Source of the DNA: Bacteroidales bacterium
Lineage (GTDB): Bacteria > Bacteroidota > Bacteroidia > Bacteroidales > JAADGE01
Assembly (NCBI GenBank): GCA_021108035.1
Contig: JAIORQ010000025.1
Span: 2,004 to 66,003 of the forward strand
Direction of reading: 5' to 3'
DNA length: 64,000 nucleotides
Part shown: one piece after another, positions 28,712 to 35,803 of the stretch
How the letters are laid out: every line of letters begins with the position of its first letter
How positions within the stretch are numbered: position 1 is the first letter of the stretch
The notes under the pieces: model-generated
The model's database searches: none
What the model was told of the DNA's origin: nothing
Seen by the model: only the letters and a program-made list of their open reading frames with translations
Translations under genes and position numbers: made by a program

Positions 28712-29674
28712 ATGAAAGAAGAACTTAAAAACACTTTCACATCATTTTGGGAATATTTGACATTAAGAACCGCTTGTCAATTAAAAATTTTTGATGAAAT
28801 ACAAAAAGGCAATAATACATTTGACAAATTACACAAAGCAAGTAAAACGGATTATACAGCTTTGCAAACTTTAATCTTTTCTTTAATTGATATTAACGCA
28901 ATTTCAAACAAAGAAAACATATTAGTTTTAACGGAAAAAGGAGAACTTTTAACAGAAAACCATCCTGAAACAATGAAAAACGCATGTATTTTATGGGGCG
29001 GAGAACACTTAACAGCATGGCAAAATCTTGATTATACCATTAAAACAGGAGAACCTGCATTTGAGAATATTTATGGTATGCAGTTCTTTGAATACCTGAA
29101 CACAGACAAACAAATATTAAAAAATTATCATTTTGCAATGGCTGAATATGCCGAAGATGACTATAAAAACATTGCGAATTTAATTGATTTTTCAAAATTT
29201 GATACGGTTGCAGATGTTGGTGGCGGTTTGGGTACCTTAATAAAAAATATTGCCGGCAAATCGCCGCGATTAAATTGCATTTTATTTGAACTTCCGGAAG
29301 TTATAGATTTATCAGATACAAATGAGAATGTTCAAAATATTAGCGGAAATTTCTTTAAAAAATTACCGTTTAGTGCCGATGCTGTTATATTGAGCAGAAT
29401 ATTGCACGATTGGGATGATAAAAAAGCAAAACAAATCCTTAATAATTGTCGAACTGCTTTAAATGAAAACGGGAAATTGTTTATTGCAGAAATATTAAAT
29501 GATGAGATAAAAGCAAATATGCTTACTTTAAATATGAGAGTAATGTGCAAAAGCTTTGAAAGAACTTATAAGCAATATAAATCACTTTTGGAAGATGCAG
29601 GTTTTATATTAGAAAAAAGAGTTAAATTAAATGATTTACAAACGATTTTAATTGCGAAGAAAAATGAACTGTAA
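28712..29674 (+). CDS. SAM-dependent O-methyltransferase (class I, family 2 with N-terminal dimerisation domain)
   Basis: 320 aa. SAM-binding motif VADVGGGLGTL. Typical post-motif DAVILSRILHDWDD. Confidence 0.75.
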   Translation: MKEELKNTFTSFWEYLTLRTACQLKIFDEIQKGNNTFDKLHKASKTDYTALQTLIFSLIDINAISNKENILVLTEKGELLTENHPETMKNACILWGGEHLTAWQNLDYTIKTGEPAFENIYGMQFFEYLNTDKQILKNYHFAMAEYAEDDYKNIANLIDFSKFDTVADVGGGLGTLIKNIAGKSPRLNCILFELPEVIDLSDTNENVQNISGNFFKKLPFSADAVILSRILHDWDDKKAKQILNNCRTALNENGKLFIAEILNDEIKANMLTLNMRVMCKSFERTYKQYKSLLEDAGFILEKRVKLNDLQTILIAKKNEL

Positions 29675-30368
29675 ACAAATAAAAATATCAAACGACAGAA
29701 CACATTTTTTGTATGAAAACAAGATGCTGTTCGATAAAAAGTTTAAAGAAGCTCTAAAATTTTACGAACCCGGTTTAGCTCCTGTATGTGATGAAACCGG
29801 TTGGTATCACATTAATACGGATGGCAAAGCAATATATAATGAAAGATACGAACGAGCTTTCGGATATTATTTTAATCGTGCAACTGTAATTGATGATGAA
29901 AACAATTGGTTCCATATAACACCAAAAGGTAAAAAAGTTTATTATGAAAATTATGCATGGTGCGGAAATTTTCAAGAAACCTTATGTACAGTTCGAGACT
30001 TTAAAGGGAATTATTTTCATATTGATATAAAGGGAAAAAGAGTTTATTCTGAAAATTATACCTATGCCGGTGATTTTAAAGACGGCTATGCTGCCGTTCG
30101 TCTAACTTCAGGTTTATATAAACACATTGATTATAAAGGTAAAGATTTAAACAGCAAATTATTTAAAAACCTTGGTGTTTTTCATAAGAATTTTGCAACT
30201 GCAAAAAATGAAAAAGGTTGGTTTCATATTGATAAACAAGGAAATGAATTATACTCTCAAAGATATGCTGTAATTGAATCTTTTTATAATGGGTTTGCTT
30301 TAGTTGAGGATTTTGAAAATTGTAAATTTGTAATTGATGAGAAAGGTGGTCAAATCCAATTATTGTAG
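29652..30368 (+). CDS. WG/KWG-repeat containing protein
   Basis: 238 aa. Repeated ~30-aa units (GWYHINTDGKAIYNERYE..., NWFHITPKGKKVYYENY..., NYFHIDIKGKRVYSENY..., GLYKHIDYKGKDL..., GWFHIDKQGNELYSQRY...). Overlaps the O-MT stop by 22 nt. An alternative internal start is possible. Confidence 0.6.
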   Translation: MRRKMNCKQIKISNDRTHFLYENKMLFDKKFKEALKFYEPGLAPVCDETGWYHINTDGKAIYNERYERAFGYYFNRATVIDDENNWFHITPKGKKVYYENYAWCGNFQETLCTVRDFKGNYFHIDIKGKRVYSENYTYAGDFKDGYAAVRLTSGLYKHIDYKGKDLNSKLFKNLGVFHKNFATAKNEKGWFHIDKQGNELYSQRYAVIESFYNGFALVEDFENCKFVIDEKGGQIQLL

Positions 30369-30405
30369 TAATTTAATCATTGTAACTTCAAAAATTTAGA
30401 AGCTG

Positions 30406-30440
30406 TATTTCGGCAGCAAAATAAATTTATTGCCGAAATA
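30406..30440 (+). terminator. Hairpin tatttcggca / tgccgaaata downstream of the operon. Weak terminator candidate
   Basis: 10-bp stem with a 15-nt loop. AT-rich, with no clear U-tract. Confidence 0.3.
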
Positions 30441-30582
30441 TAGTAGTATCTGAATAAATTCATTATCTGCACAATTATAAAAAAGTGCCAAAATGATTAG
30501 TTTTAAACACCCCTGACTTTGTTACAAAGTCATTAAAAACAAAAAGCCTCCCAAATCTCCCGATTCACAAGGCTTTCATTCT

Positions 30583-30655
30583 GTCGGGGTGAGAAGACTT
30601 GAACTTCCGACCCCACGCCCCCCAGACGCGTACTCTGCCAACTGAGCTACACCCC
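30583..30655 (-). tRNA. tRNA-Pro (anticodon GGG)
   Basis: Reverse complement is CGGGGTGTAGCTCAGTTGGCAGAGTACGCGTCTGGGGGGCGTGGGGTCGGAAGTTCAAGTCTTCTCACCCCGA. The fold was done by hand. The 7-bp acceptor, D-arm GCTC/GAGT, anticodon stem CGCGT/GCGTG with loop CTGGGGG, T-arm GGAAG-TTCAAGT-CTTCT and discriminator A are all consistent. No CCA is encoded. Confidence 0.85.
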
Positions 30656-30828
30656 GAACATATGTTTCTGCTTTTTTCAAAGCGGATGCAAATTTAAGAT
30701 TGTTTTTACTTTCAACAAAAAATTCAAGCATCTATTTAAAACAGATTCTTAATGTTGAATTGCATTCATGCATATTCAGCATATAATCAATTACTTGTAA
30801 AATAAATTAACATATTTTAACATTTTTA

Positions 30829-30859
30829 TTTGCATCATAAAATAATTCATTTACATTTG
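30829..30859 (+). promoter_or_regulatory. Bacteroidota-type sigma-A promoter: -33 TTTG (30829-30832), 19-nt spacer, -7 TACATTTG (30852-30859)
   Basis: Exact match to the TAnnTTTG -7 consensus with an appropriately spaced TTTG. About 20 nt upstream of the small-ORF start. Confidence 0.5.
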
Positions 30860-30880
30860 CAATCTTAAAATAAGATAAAA

Positions 30881-30979
30881 ATGAAACGCTCGATTCTACA
30901 TAATTCAATATTCTCATGTCCAAGATATGACATGGGTGAATTATATTGCAGCTCGGGTGATTTCAATAATAAGAAATAA
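30881..30979 (+). CDS. Small ORF (32 aa, two Cys) expressed from its own promoter and ending at a strong terminator. Either a small protein or an sRNA
   Basis: MKRSILHNSIFSCPRYDMGELYCSSGDFNNKK, read manually. Preceded by a consensus promoter and followed by a terminator. Confidence 0.35.
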   Translation: MKRSILHNSIFSCPRYDMGELYCSSGDFNNKK

Positions 30980-31002
30980 TATACAATCATATACATTGTA
31001 AA

Positions 31003-31037
31003 ACAGCCCGGGAAAATTTCTCGGGCTGTTTTTTTTT
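31003..31037 (+). terminator. Strong rho-independent terminator (acagcccggg-aaaattt-ctcgggctgt + T9)
   Basis: 10-bp GC-rich stem followed by nine T residues. Confidence 0.8.
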
Positions 31038-31046
31038 GAAGAAATT

Positions 31047-31103
31047 GACTTTCCAAGTTTCAAAATCCCCTCTATGGGACAAAGGGGTAATACTCGGAAA
31101 GTC
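31047..31103. repeat. 57-bp hairpin repeat, copy 1 (gactttccaagtttcaaaatcccctctatgggacaaaggggtaatactcggaaagtc)
   Basis: Near-identical second copy at 32948-33005 in the same orientation. Each copy is internally palindromic (gactttccaagt / acttggaaagtc). Confidence 0.6.
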
Positions 31104-31242
31104 TAAAGAACTTCCTGAAAAGGAAGCAGCGAAAAAAACAGACGGTATAAGACCTGATGAAAGTTTCTGTACAGCTTCATAGTATCATTTTCACCGGAAT
31201 TTGATATGCTGCTTTGCTTGATGTTGTTTTTCGCCTTGGGAT

Positions 31243-31276
31243 CTGAGGGTCAAGGGTTCGATTCCTTTTCTTGAAT
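31243..31276 (+). ncRNA. tRNA 3'-half-like fragment (T-arm AAGGG-TTCGATT-CCTTT plus 3' acceptor strand TCTTGAA)
   Basis: Canonical T-loop TTCGATT. The 3' strand TCTTGAA is complementary (one G-T pair) to TTCAAGG at 31281, which begins the adjacent 5'-half-like fragment. The order on the DNA is therefore permuted. Confidence 0.35.
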
Positions 31277-31280
31277 AGTG

Positions 31281-31361
31281 TTCAAGGTAGCTCAGTAGGT
31301 TAGAGCATTAGATTAAATGGTTAAACACTAAAAAGTGTCAGGTTCGATTCCTGAAAACGGA
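31281..31361 (+). ncRNA. tRNA-like element: 5' acceptor strand + canonical D-arm (TAGCTCAGTAGGTTAGAGCA) + degenerate anticodon region + extra stem (ACACT-AAAA-AGTGT) + second T-arm (TCAGG-TTCGATT-CCTGA). The acceptor does not close, so this is a tRNA-like ncRNA or pseudo-tRNA
   Basis: Hand-folded. The D-arm and T-arm are canonical, but the 3' tail AAACGGA does not pair with the 5' TTCAAGG. Confidence 0.35.
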
Positions 31362-31844
31362 CTGCAAATTCGTTTAATGAAGAAAGCCGCTTCTAAAAAT
31401 GGCTGCTGTAATGAAAGCACGATAATGTAAGATCGGTTCCGGCATCTTCGGATTAAAGAACAATCGTGATAAAACCTTGAAGAAAAAGGATACCGTTCAG
31501 TGAAGACGATTACTTTTTTGTACGGCAAGTTAGAACTGTTATGCTCTGAGCAGAAACAGATATGACAAACCAAACAAAGAACTGATTGTAAGGAGCTGAA
31601 CTGAGTTTTGATTCCGTTTTTGAAAGATGATCTTGCATTTTCGACTTTCTTAAAAATGTGTTCTCAAAAAATTAAAAGTTCAAGGCTTTCGATTTTTTCA
31701 AAGCTCGAATTTACTTCTGTAAATGAATGTTTTGAAAAAATCGTATAACGCAGAAATTTGGATTTTTTGAGGTTACATATAGTAAGTTATAACTTTATTA
31801 TATACCGTTAGCGGATTATTTATTAACTTTTAAAATGATGAAAA

Positions 31845-32945
31845 ATGAGGAAAGTAAGAATTAACACAGGTAAAATTGGTTTGGTCTTTAAAAAAGACAA
31901 TTATAATCGTGTTATCACCAAAGGTGTATATTGGTTAAAAATTTCTGAAAAAGTCATTGTATATGACATGACTTCAGAACTTTATGCACCTGTTGATTTA
32001 AATATATTATTAAAAGATACTGTATTAAAAGAAAATTTGATCATACAAGAAGTAAAAGATAATGAGATTGTTTTAAAGTATGAAAACGGTAACTTTAAAG
32101 ATATATTAAAACCGGGAAGATATGCTTTCTGGAAAGGTGTAACCGATTACAAATTCATTACTGCTGATTTAAGCAAAATTGAGATCAATGAAAATATTGA
32201 TAAAGCTGTTTTGCAAAGCAAAGAATTATCTGAATTTGTAAGAGTTGTAAGTTTAGAACCGAAACAAAAAGCATTATTGTATGTAAACGGTAAATATGTC
32301 AAAATTTTAAATGAAGATGTATATTACTTCTGGAAAAATTCAGATACTGTTCATGCAGTAAAAGCCGATATAAGGCAATTGCAAATGGAGATTTCCGGAC
32401 AAGAGATACTTACTAAAGACAAAGCAGCTTTAAGGATCAACTTTTATGTACAATATAAAGTTAGTGATATTGAAAAAGCTTATAATGAAACCAAAGATCA
32501 TGAAAAACAATTGTATATTTTAGTACAATTGGCTTTGAGAGAATTTGTAGGTATGTTATCTTTGGATGAGATATTAGAAAAGAAAGAATCTGTTTCTGAT
32601 TATGTTTTTAAGACTTTGAAAGAAAAAGTTGAAGCAATAGGCGTTAAGATCATCGGAAGCGGAGTAAGAGATATTATCTTACCCGGAGAAGTGAAAGATA
32701 TCATGAATCATGTTTTGGTTGCTCAAAAAAGGGCACAAGCTAATATCATTACCAGAAGAGAAGAAACCGCTTCAACCAGAAGTTTGTTGAATACTGCAAA
32801 ATTAATGGAAGATAACGACATGTTATTCAAATTGAAAGAGATGGAATATGTTGAAAAAATTGCAGATAAAATCAGCAGCATCTCATTATCAGGCGGTAAC
32901 GGAGTAATTGAACAGTTAAAAGATATCTTTTCAACAGGTAAATAA
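31845..32945 (+). CDS. SPFH/Band-7 (slipin/flotillin-like) domain protein with N-terminal triplicated ~33-aa repeat
   Basis: 366 aa. C-terminal half has the SPFH signature (QEILTKDKAALRINFYVQYKVSD...VLVAQKRAQANIITRREETASTRSLLNTAKLM). The N-terminus carries three G.Y....L.PG.Y.FWK-type repeats. Confidence 0.7.
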   Translation: MRKVRINTGKIGLVFKKDNYNRVITKGVYWLKISEKVIVYDMTSELYAPVDLNILLKDTVLKENLIIQEVKDNEIVLKYENGNFKDILKPGRYAFWKGVTDYKFITADLSKIEINENIDKAVLQSKELSEFVRVVSLEPKQKALLYVNGKYVKILNEDVYYFWKNSDTVHAVKADIRQLQMEISGQEILTKDKAALRINFYVQYKVSDIEKAYNETKDHEKQLYILVQLALREFVGMLSLDEILEKKESVSDYVFKTLKEKVEAIGVKIIGSGVRDIILPGEVKDIMNHVLVAQKRAQANIITRREETASTRSLLNTAKLMEDNDMLFKLKEMEYVEKIADKISSISLSGGNGVIEQLKDIFSTGK

Positions 32946-32947
32946 CC

Positions 32948-33005
32948 GACTTTCCAAGTTTTAAAAATCCCCTTTAGGGGACAAAGGGGTAATACTTGGA
33001 AAGTC
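32948..33005. repeat. 57-bp hairpin repeat, copy 2 (gactttccaagttttaaaaatcccctttaggggacaaaggggtaatacttggaaagtc)
   Basis: Direct repeat of 31047-31103. Lies between the SPFH stop (32945) and the rtcB start (33022). Confidence 0.6.
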
Positions 33006-33021
33006 TTTAAATTCAAAAGCA

Positions 33022-34191
33022 ATGAAAAAAGTTATTTCAACAGAAAAAATTCCGATTAAATTATGGTTGGAAGATATAGAAGAAGCAGCATTGCAACAAG
33101 CACGTAATGTCGCATCATTACCCTTTGCATTCAAACATGTGGCAATTATGCCCGACAGTCATGTAGGATACGGCATGCCCATTGGCGGTGTTTTGGCGGC
33201 AAAAGGAGTCGTGGTTCCTAATGCCGTTGGTGTAGATATAGGTTGCGGAATGTGTGCGGCAAAAACATCTTTACAGGATATTTCCGGTAAATCCCTTAAA
33301 AATATAATGGGAAAAATCAGAGAGTATGTTCCTGTAGGATTTAATCATCATAAGGAAAAGCAAAACACAAACTTTATGCCTTCCGATGAAAATATTATTA
33401 AAGGAGGTATTGTAGAGCGTCAATTGGAATCAGCTCATAAGCAAGTAGGTACACTTGGCGGAGGAAACCATTTTATTGAGATACAAAAAGGTTCTGACGG
33501 TCATATTTGGATAATGATTCATTCCGGAAGCAGAAATCTCGGATTGAAAGTGGCTGACCATTACAATAAAATTGCAAAGCATATGAACAAATTGTGGAAA
33601 AGTGAAGTCCCCGCTTCATTTGACTTGGCATTTTTACCGATCGAAACACAAGAAGCAAAAGATTATATGACAGAGATGAATTATTGTGTTGAATTTGCTT
33701 TTTCAAATCGTAAATTAATGATGATCAATGTACAAAAAGCATTTGCCGAAGAATTCGGTGAAGAATTTGCTGAATTGGATTTCATTAACATTGCTCATAA
33801 TTATGCACGTTGGGAAAATCACTATAATACAAATGTCATTGTTCACAGAAAAGGTGCAACAAGTGCAAAAGACGGAGAAATCGGGATTATTCCGGGTTCA
33901 CAAGGTACTAAAAGTTATATTGTGAGAGGCAGAGGAAATCCGGAGAGTTTTGAAAGTTGTTCACACGGTGCCGGAAGGATGATGGGACGTAAGCAAGCAC
34001 AAAGAGTTCTTGATTTGAAAACGGAAATTGAAAATCTTAATAAACAAGGAATCATTCATGCCGTAAGAAATCAAAAGGATTTGGATGAGGCTCCGGGCGC
34101 ATATAAAAATATTTACATCGTTATGGAGAATCAAAAAGATCTTGTTGATATATTGATCGAATTAAAACCTTTGGCGGTTGTAAAAGGATAG
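33022..34191 (+). CDS. rtcB: RtcB-family RNA ligase (3'-phosphate/2',3'-cyclic-phosphate RNA ligase), short form
   Basis: 389 aa. RtcB metal/GTP-site motifs: MPDSHVGYGMPIGG, DIGCGMC, GGGNHFIE, HSGSR, AHNYA, HRKGAT, GSQG, SCSHGAGR (the nucleophile His lies in SHGAGR). Confidence 0.85.
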   Translation: MKKVISTEKIPIKLWLEDIEEAALQQARNVASLPFAFKHVAIMPDSHVGYGMPIGGVLAAKGVVVPNAVGVDIGCGMCAAKTSLQDISGKSLKNIMGKIREYVPVGFNHHKEKQNTNFMPSDENIIKGGIVERQLESAHKQVGTLGGGNHFIEIQKGSDGHIWIMIHSGSRNLGLKVADHYNKIAKHMNKLWKSEVPASFDLAFLPIETQEAKDYMTEMNYCVEFAFSNRKLMMINVQKAFAEEFGEEFAELDFINIAHNYARWENHYNTNVIVHRKGATSAKDGEIGIIPGSQGTKSYIVRGRGNPESFESCSHGAGRMMGRKQAQRVLDLKTEIENLNKQGIIHAVRNQKDLDEAPGAYKNIYIVMENQKDLVDILIELKPLAVVKG

Positions 34192-34239
34192 TCTATTAAA
34201 AAATTGTTACATTGTTTTATTGTTACATTGTTTTTATAT

Positions 34240-34269
34240 TAATAAATTCGTGCATTCGCGGCTTTTTAA
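34240..34269. promoter_or_regulatory. Conserved ~28-nt intergenic motif TAATAAAtTcGTGCATTCGyGGCTTTTta (second copy at 12763-12791)
   Basis: Two near-identical copies, each upstream of a + strand gene (12843 beta-barrel gene; trxB). This copy is preceded by the tandem repeat attgttacattgtttt x2. Confidence 0.35.
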
Positions 34270-34492
34270 AATAGGACTTGCGGTTTTTTGCTTGTTTTTT
34301 AATAGTTGAGGTAATATAGCAATTTAACAATGAAACAAGACAGCAATGGAACATTAATTTTATTCCTGCCAAATTCTCCTTTTTTCATAACGGTATATAT
34401 TTTGAAAAGAAAAAGATAATTAAGTCTGAATTTATTCAATATAGTATTCAGATATATGTGATAACAAAGAATTATAATAAAAAACAGATAAT

Positions 34493-35494
34493 ATGGGTTT
34501 CTTTAAAACACTTGAAATAAATGATGACAATGACAAAAAGTCAGGAGAATTAGAACATGCTGAAAACGTAAAATGTTTAATTATTGGTTCCGGACCTGCC
34601 GGTTATACAGCGGCAATTTATGCTGCAAGAGCAAATTTAAAACCGATTATAATACAAGGTATGGAAGCCGGCGGGCAATTAACAACAACTACAGAAGTTG
34701 ATAATTTTCCCGGTTATCCGGAAGGAGTTACAGGGCCTGTTATGATGGAAGATTTAAAAGCACAAGCTGAACGTTTTGGGACAGATGTACGTTGGGGTGA
34801 AGTTACATCGGTTGATTTTTCTCAAAGACCTTTCAATGTAATTGTTGATAATAATAAACCATTCATTGCCGAAACTGTGATTATTGCAACCGGAGCAACG
34901 GCAAAATATCTTGGTTTGGAATCAGAGGAAAAGTTCAAAGGTGCAGGTGTTTCTGCATGTGCAACTTGCGACGGCTTCTTTTATAAAGGACTGAAAGTTG
35001 CTGTTGTTGGAGGAGGTGATACTGCCGCAGAAGAAGCATCCTATCTTGCAGGTATTGTAGAAAAGGTTTTTTTAATTATCAGAAAACCATATATGCGTGC
35101 ATCCAAAACCATGTTAAAACGTGTTGAAAACACGTCTAATATTGAAATATTATATGAACATAACACAAAAGAAATAACAGGAACTAATGTGGTTACAGGT
35201 GCAACTTTGATTAAACGCATGGGAGAATCCGATGAAGAAGAAGTGAAAATTGATATTGACGGGTTCTTCTTGGCAATCGGTCATAGACCTAATTCAGACA
35301 TATTTAAAGATTATTTGGAAACAGACGATGTAGGTTATATTAAAACAATTCCCGGAACATCAAAAACAAATGTTGAAGGTGTATTTGCAGCAGGTGATAT
35401 CCAAGACTCTATATACCGACAAGCAGTAACCGCTGCCGCATCCGGATGTATGGCAGCTTTGGATGCTGAACGCTTTTTAGCAGAACAAGAATAA
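34493..35494 (+). CDS. trxB: Thioredoxin-disulfide reductase
   Basis: FAD site IIGSGPAGYTAAIYAARA. Redox-active CATCDG. NADPH site GGGDTAAEEA. C-terminal FAAGDIQD. Confidence 0.85.
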   Translation: MGFFKTLEINDDNDKKSGELEHAENVKCLIIGSGPAGYTAAIYAARANLKPIIIQGMEAGGQLTTTTEVDNFPGYPEGVTGPVMMEDLKAQAERFGTDVRWGEVTSVDFSQRPFNVIVDNNKPFIAETVIIATGATAKYLGLESEEKFKGAGVSACATCDGFFYKGLKVAVVGGGDTAAEEASYLAGIVEKVFLIIRKPYMRASKTMLKRVENTSNIEILYEHNTKEITGTNVVTGATLIKRMGESDEEEVKIDIDGFFLAIGHRPNSDIFKDYLETDDVGYIKTIPGTSKTNVEGVFAAGDIQDSIYRQAVTAAASGCMAALDAERFLAEQE

Positions 35495-35518
35495 AAGAGA
35501 ATTTTACAATAATTTTAA

Positions 35519-35545
35519 AAGGCAACTATATCGGTTGCCTTTTTG
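35519..35545 (+). terminator. Rho-independent terminator (aaggcaac-tatatcg-gttgcctt + TTTT)
   Basis: 8-bp stem plus a T-run directly after the trxB stop. Confidence 0.65.
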
Positions 35546-35803
35546 TATGCTGTCTTTTAAAAACAAATTGATTATAAATCTTCATTTATCAACTTTTAAA
35601 AGGATTCTATCAACAAATTGAAACAATTTATCAATTCCGGCGTAAACATAATCAAATATTAAGATAAGATATTAACATACAAATATATAAACCGAATTTA
35701 TGTCTGTTTAGATAAAAGTTTTAATAATGAAAAAATTATTATATATCTTAACTTTTTTTGATTTTGGATAAAAATTTGTGATAAACATACTTGTAAATAT
35801 AAT

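Noticed and set aside
31100-31640. tmRNA (ssrA), RNase P RNA or an ordinary tRNA as the explanation for the T-arm/D-arm motifs
   Set aside because: No 5' GGGG...TTCGACGGG tmRNA start and no ...ALAA tag reading frame. No RNase P P4 consensus. The acceptor strands cannot close for a standard tRNA in the observed order. It is left as an unclassified tRNA-like ncRNA candidate.
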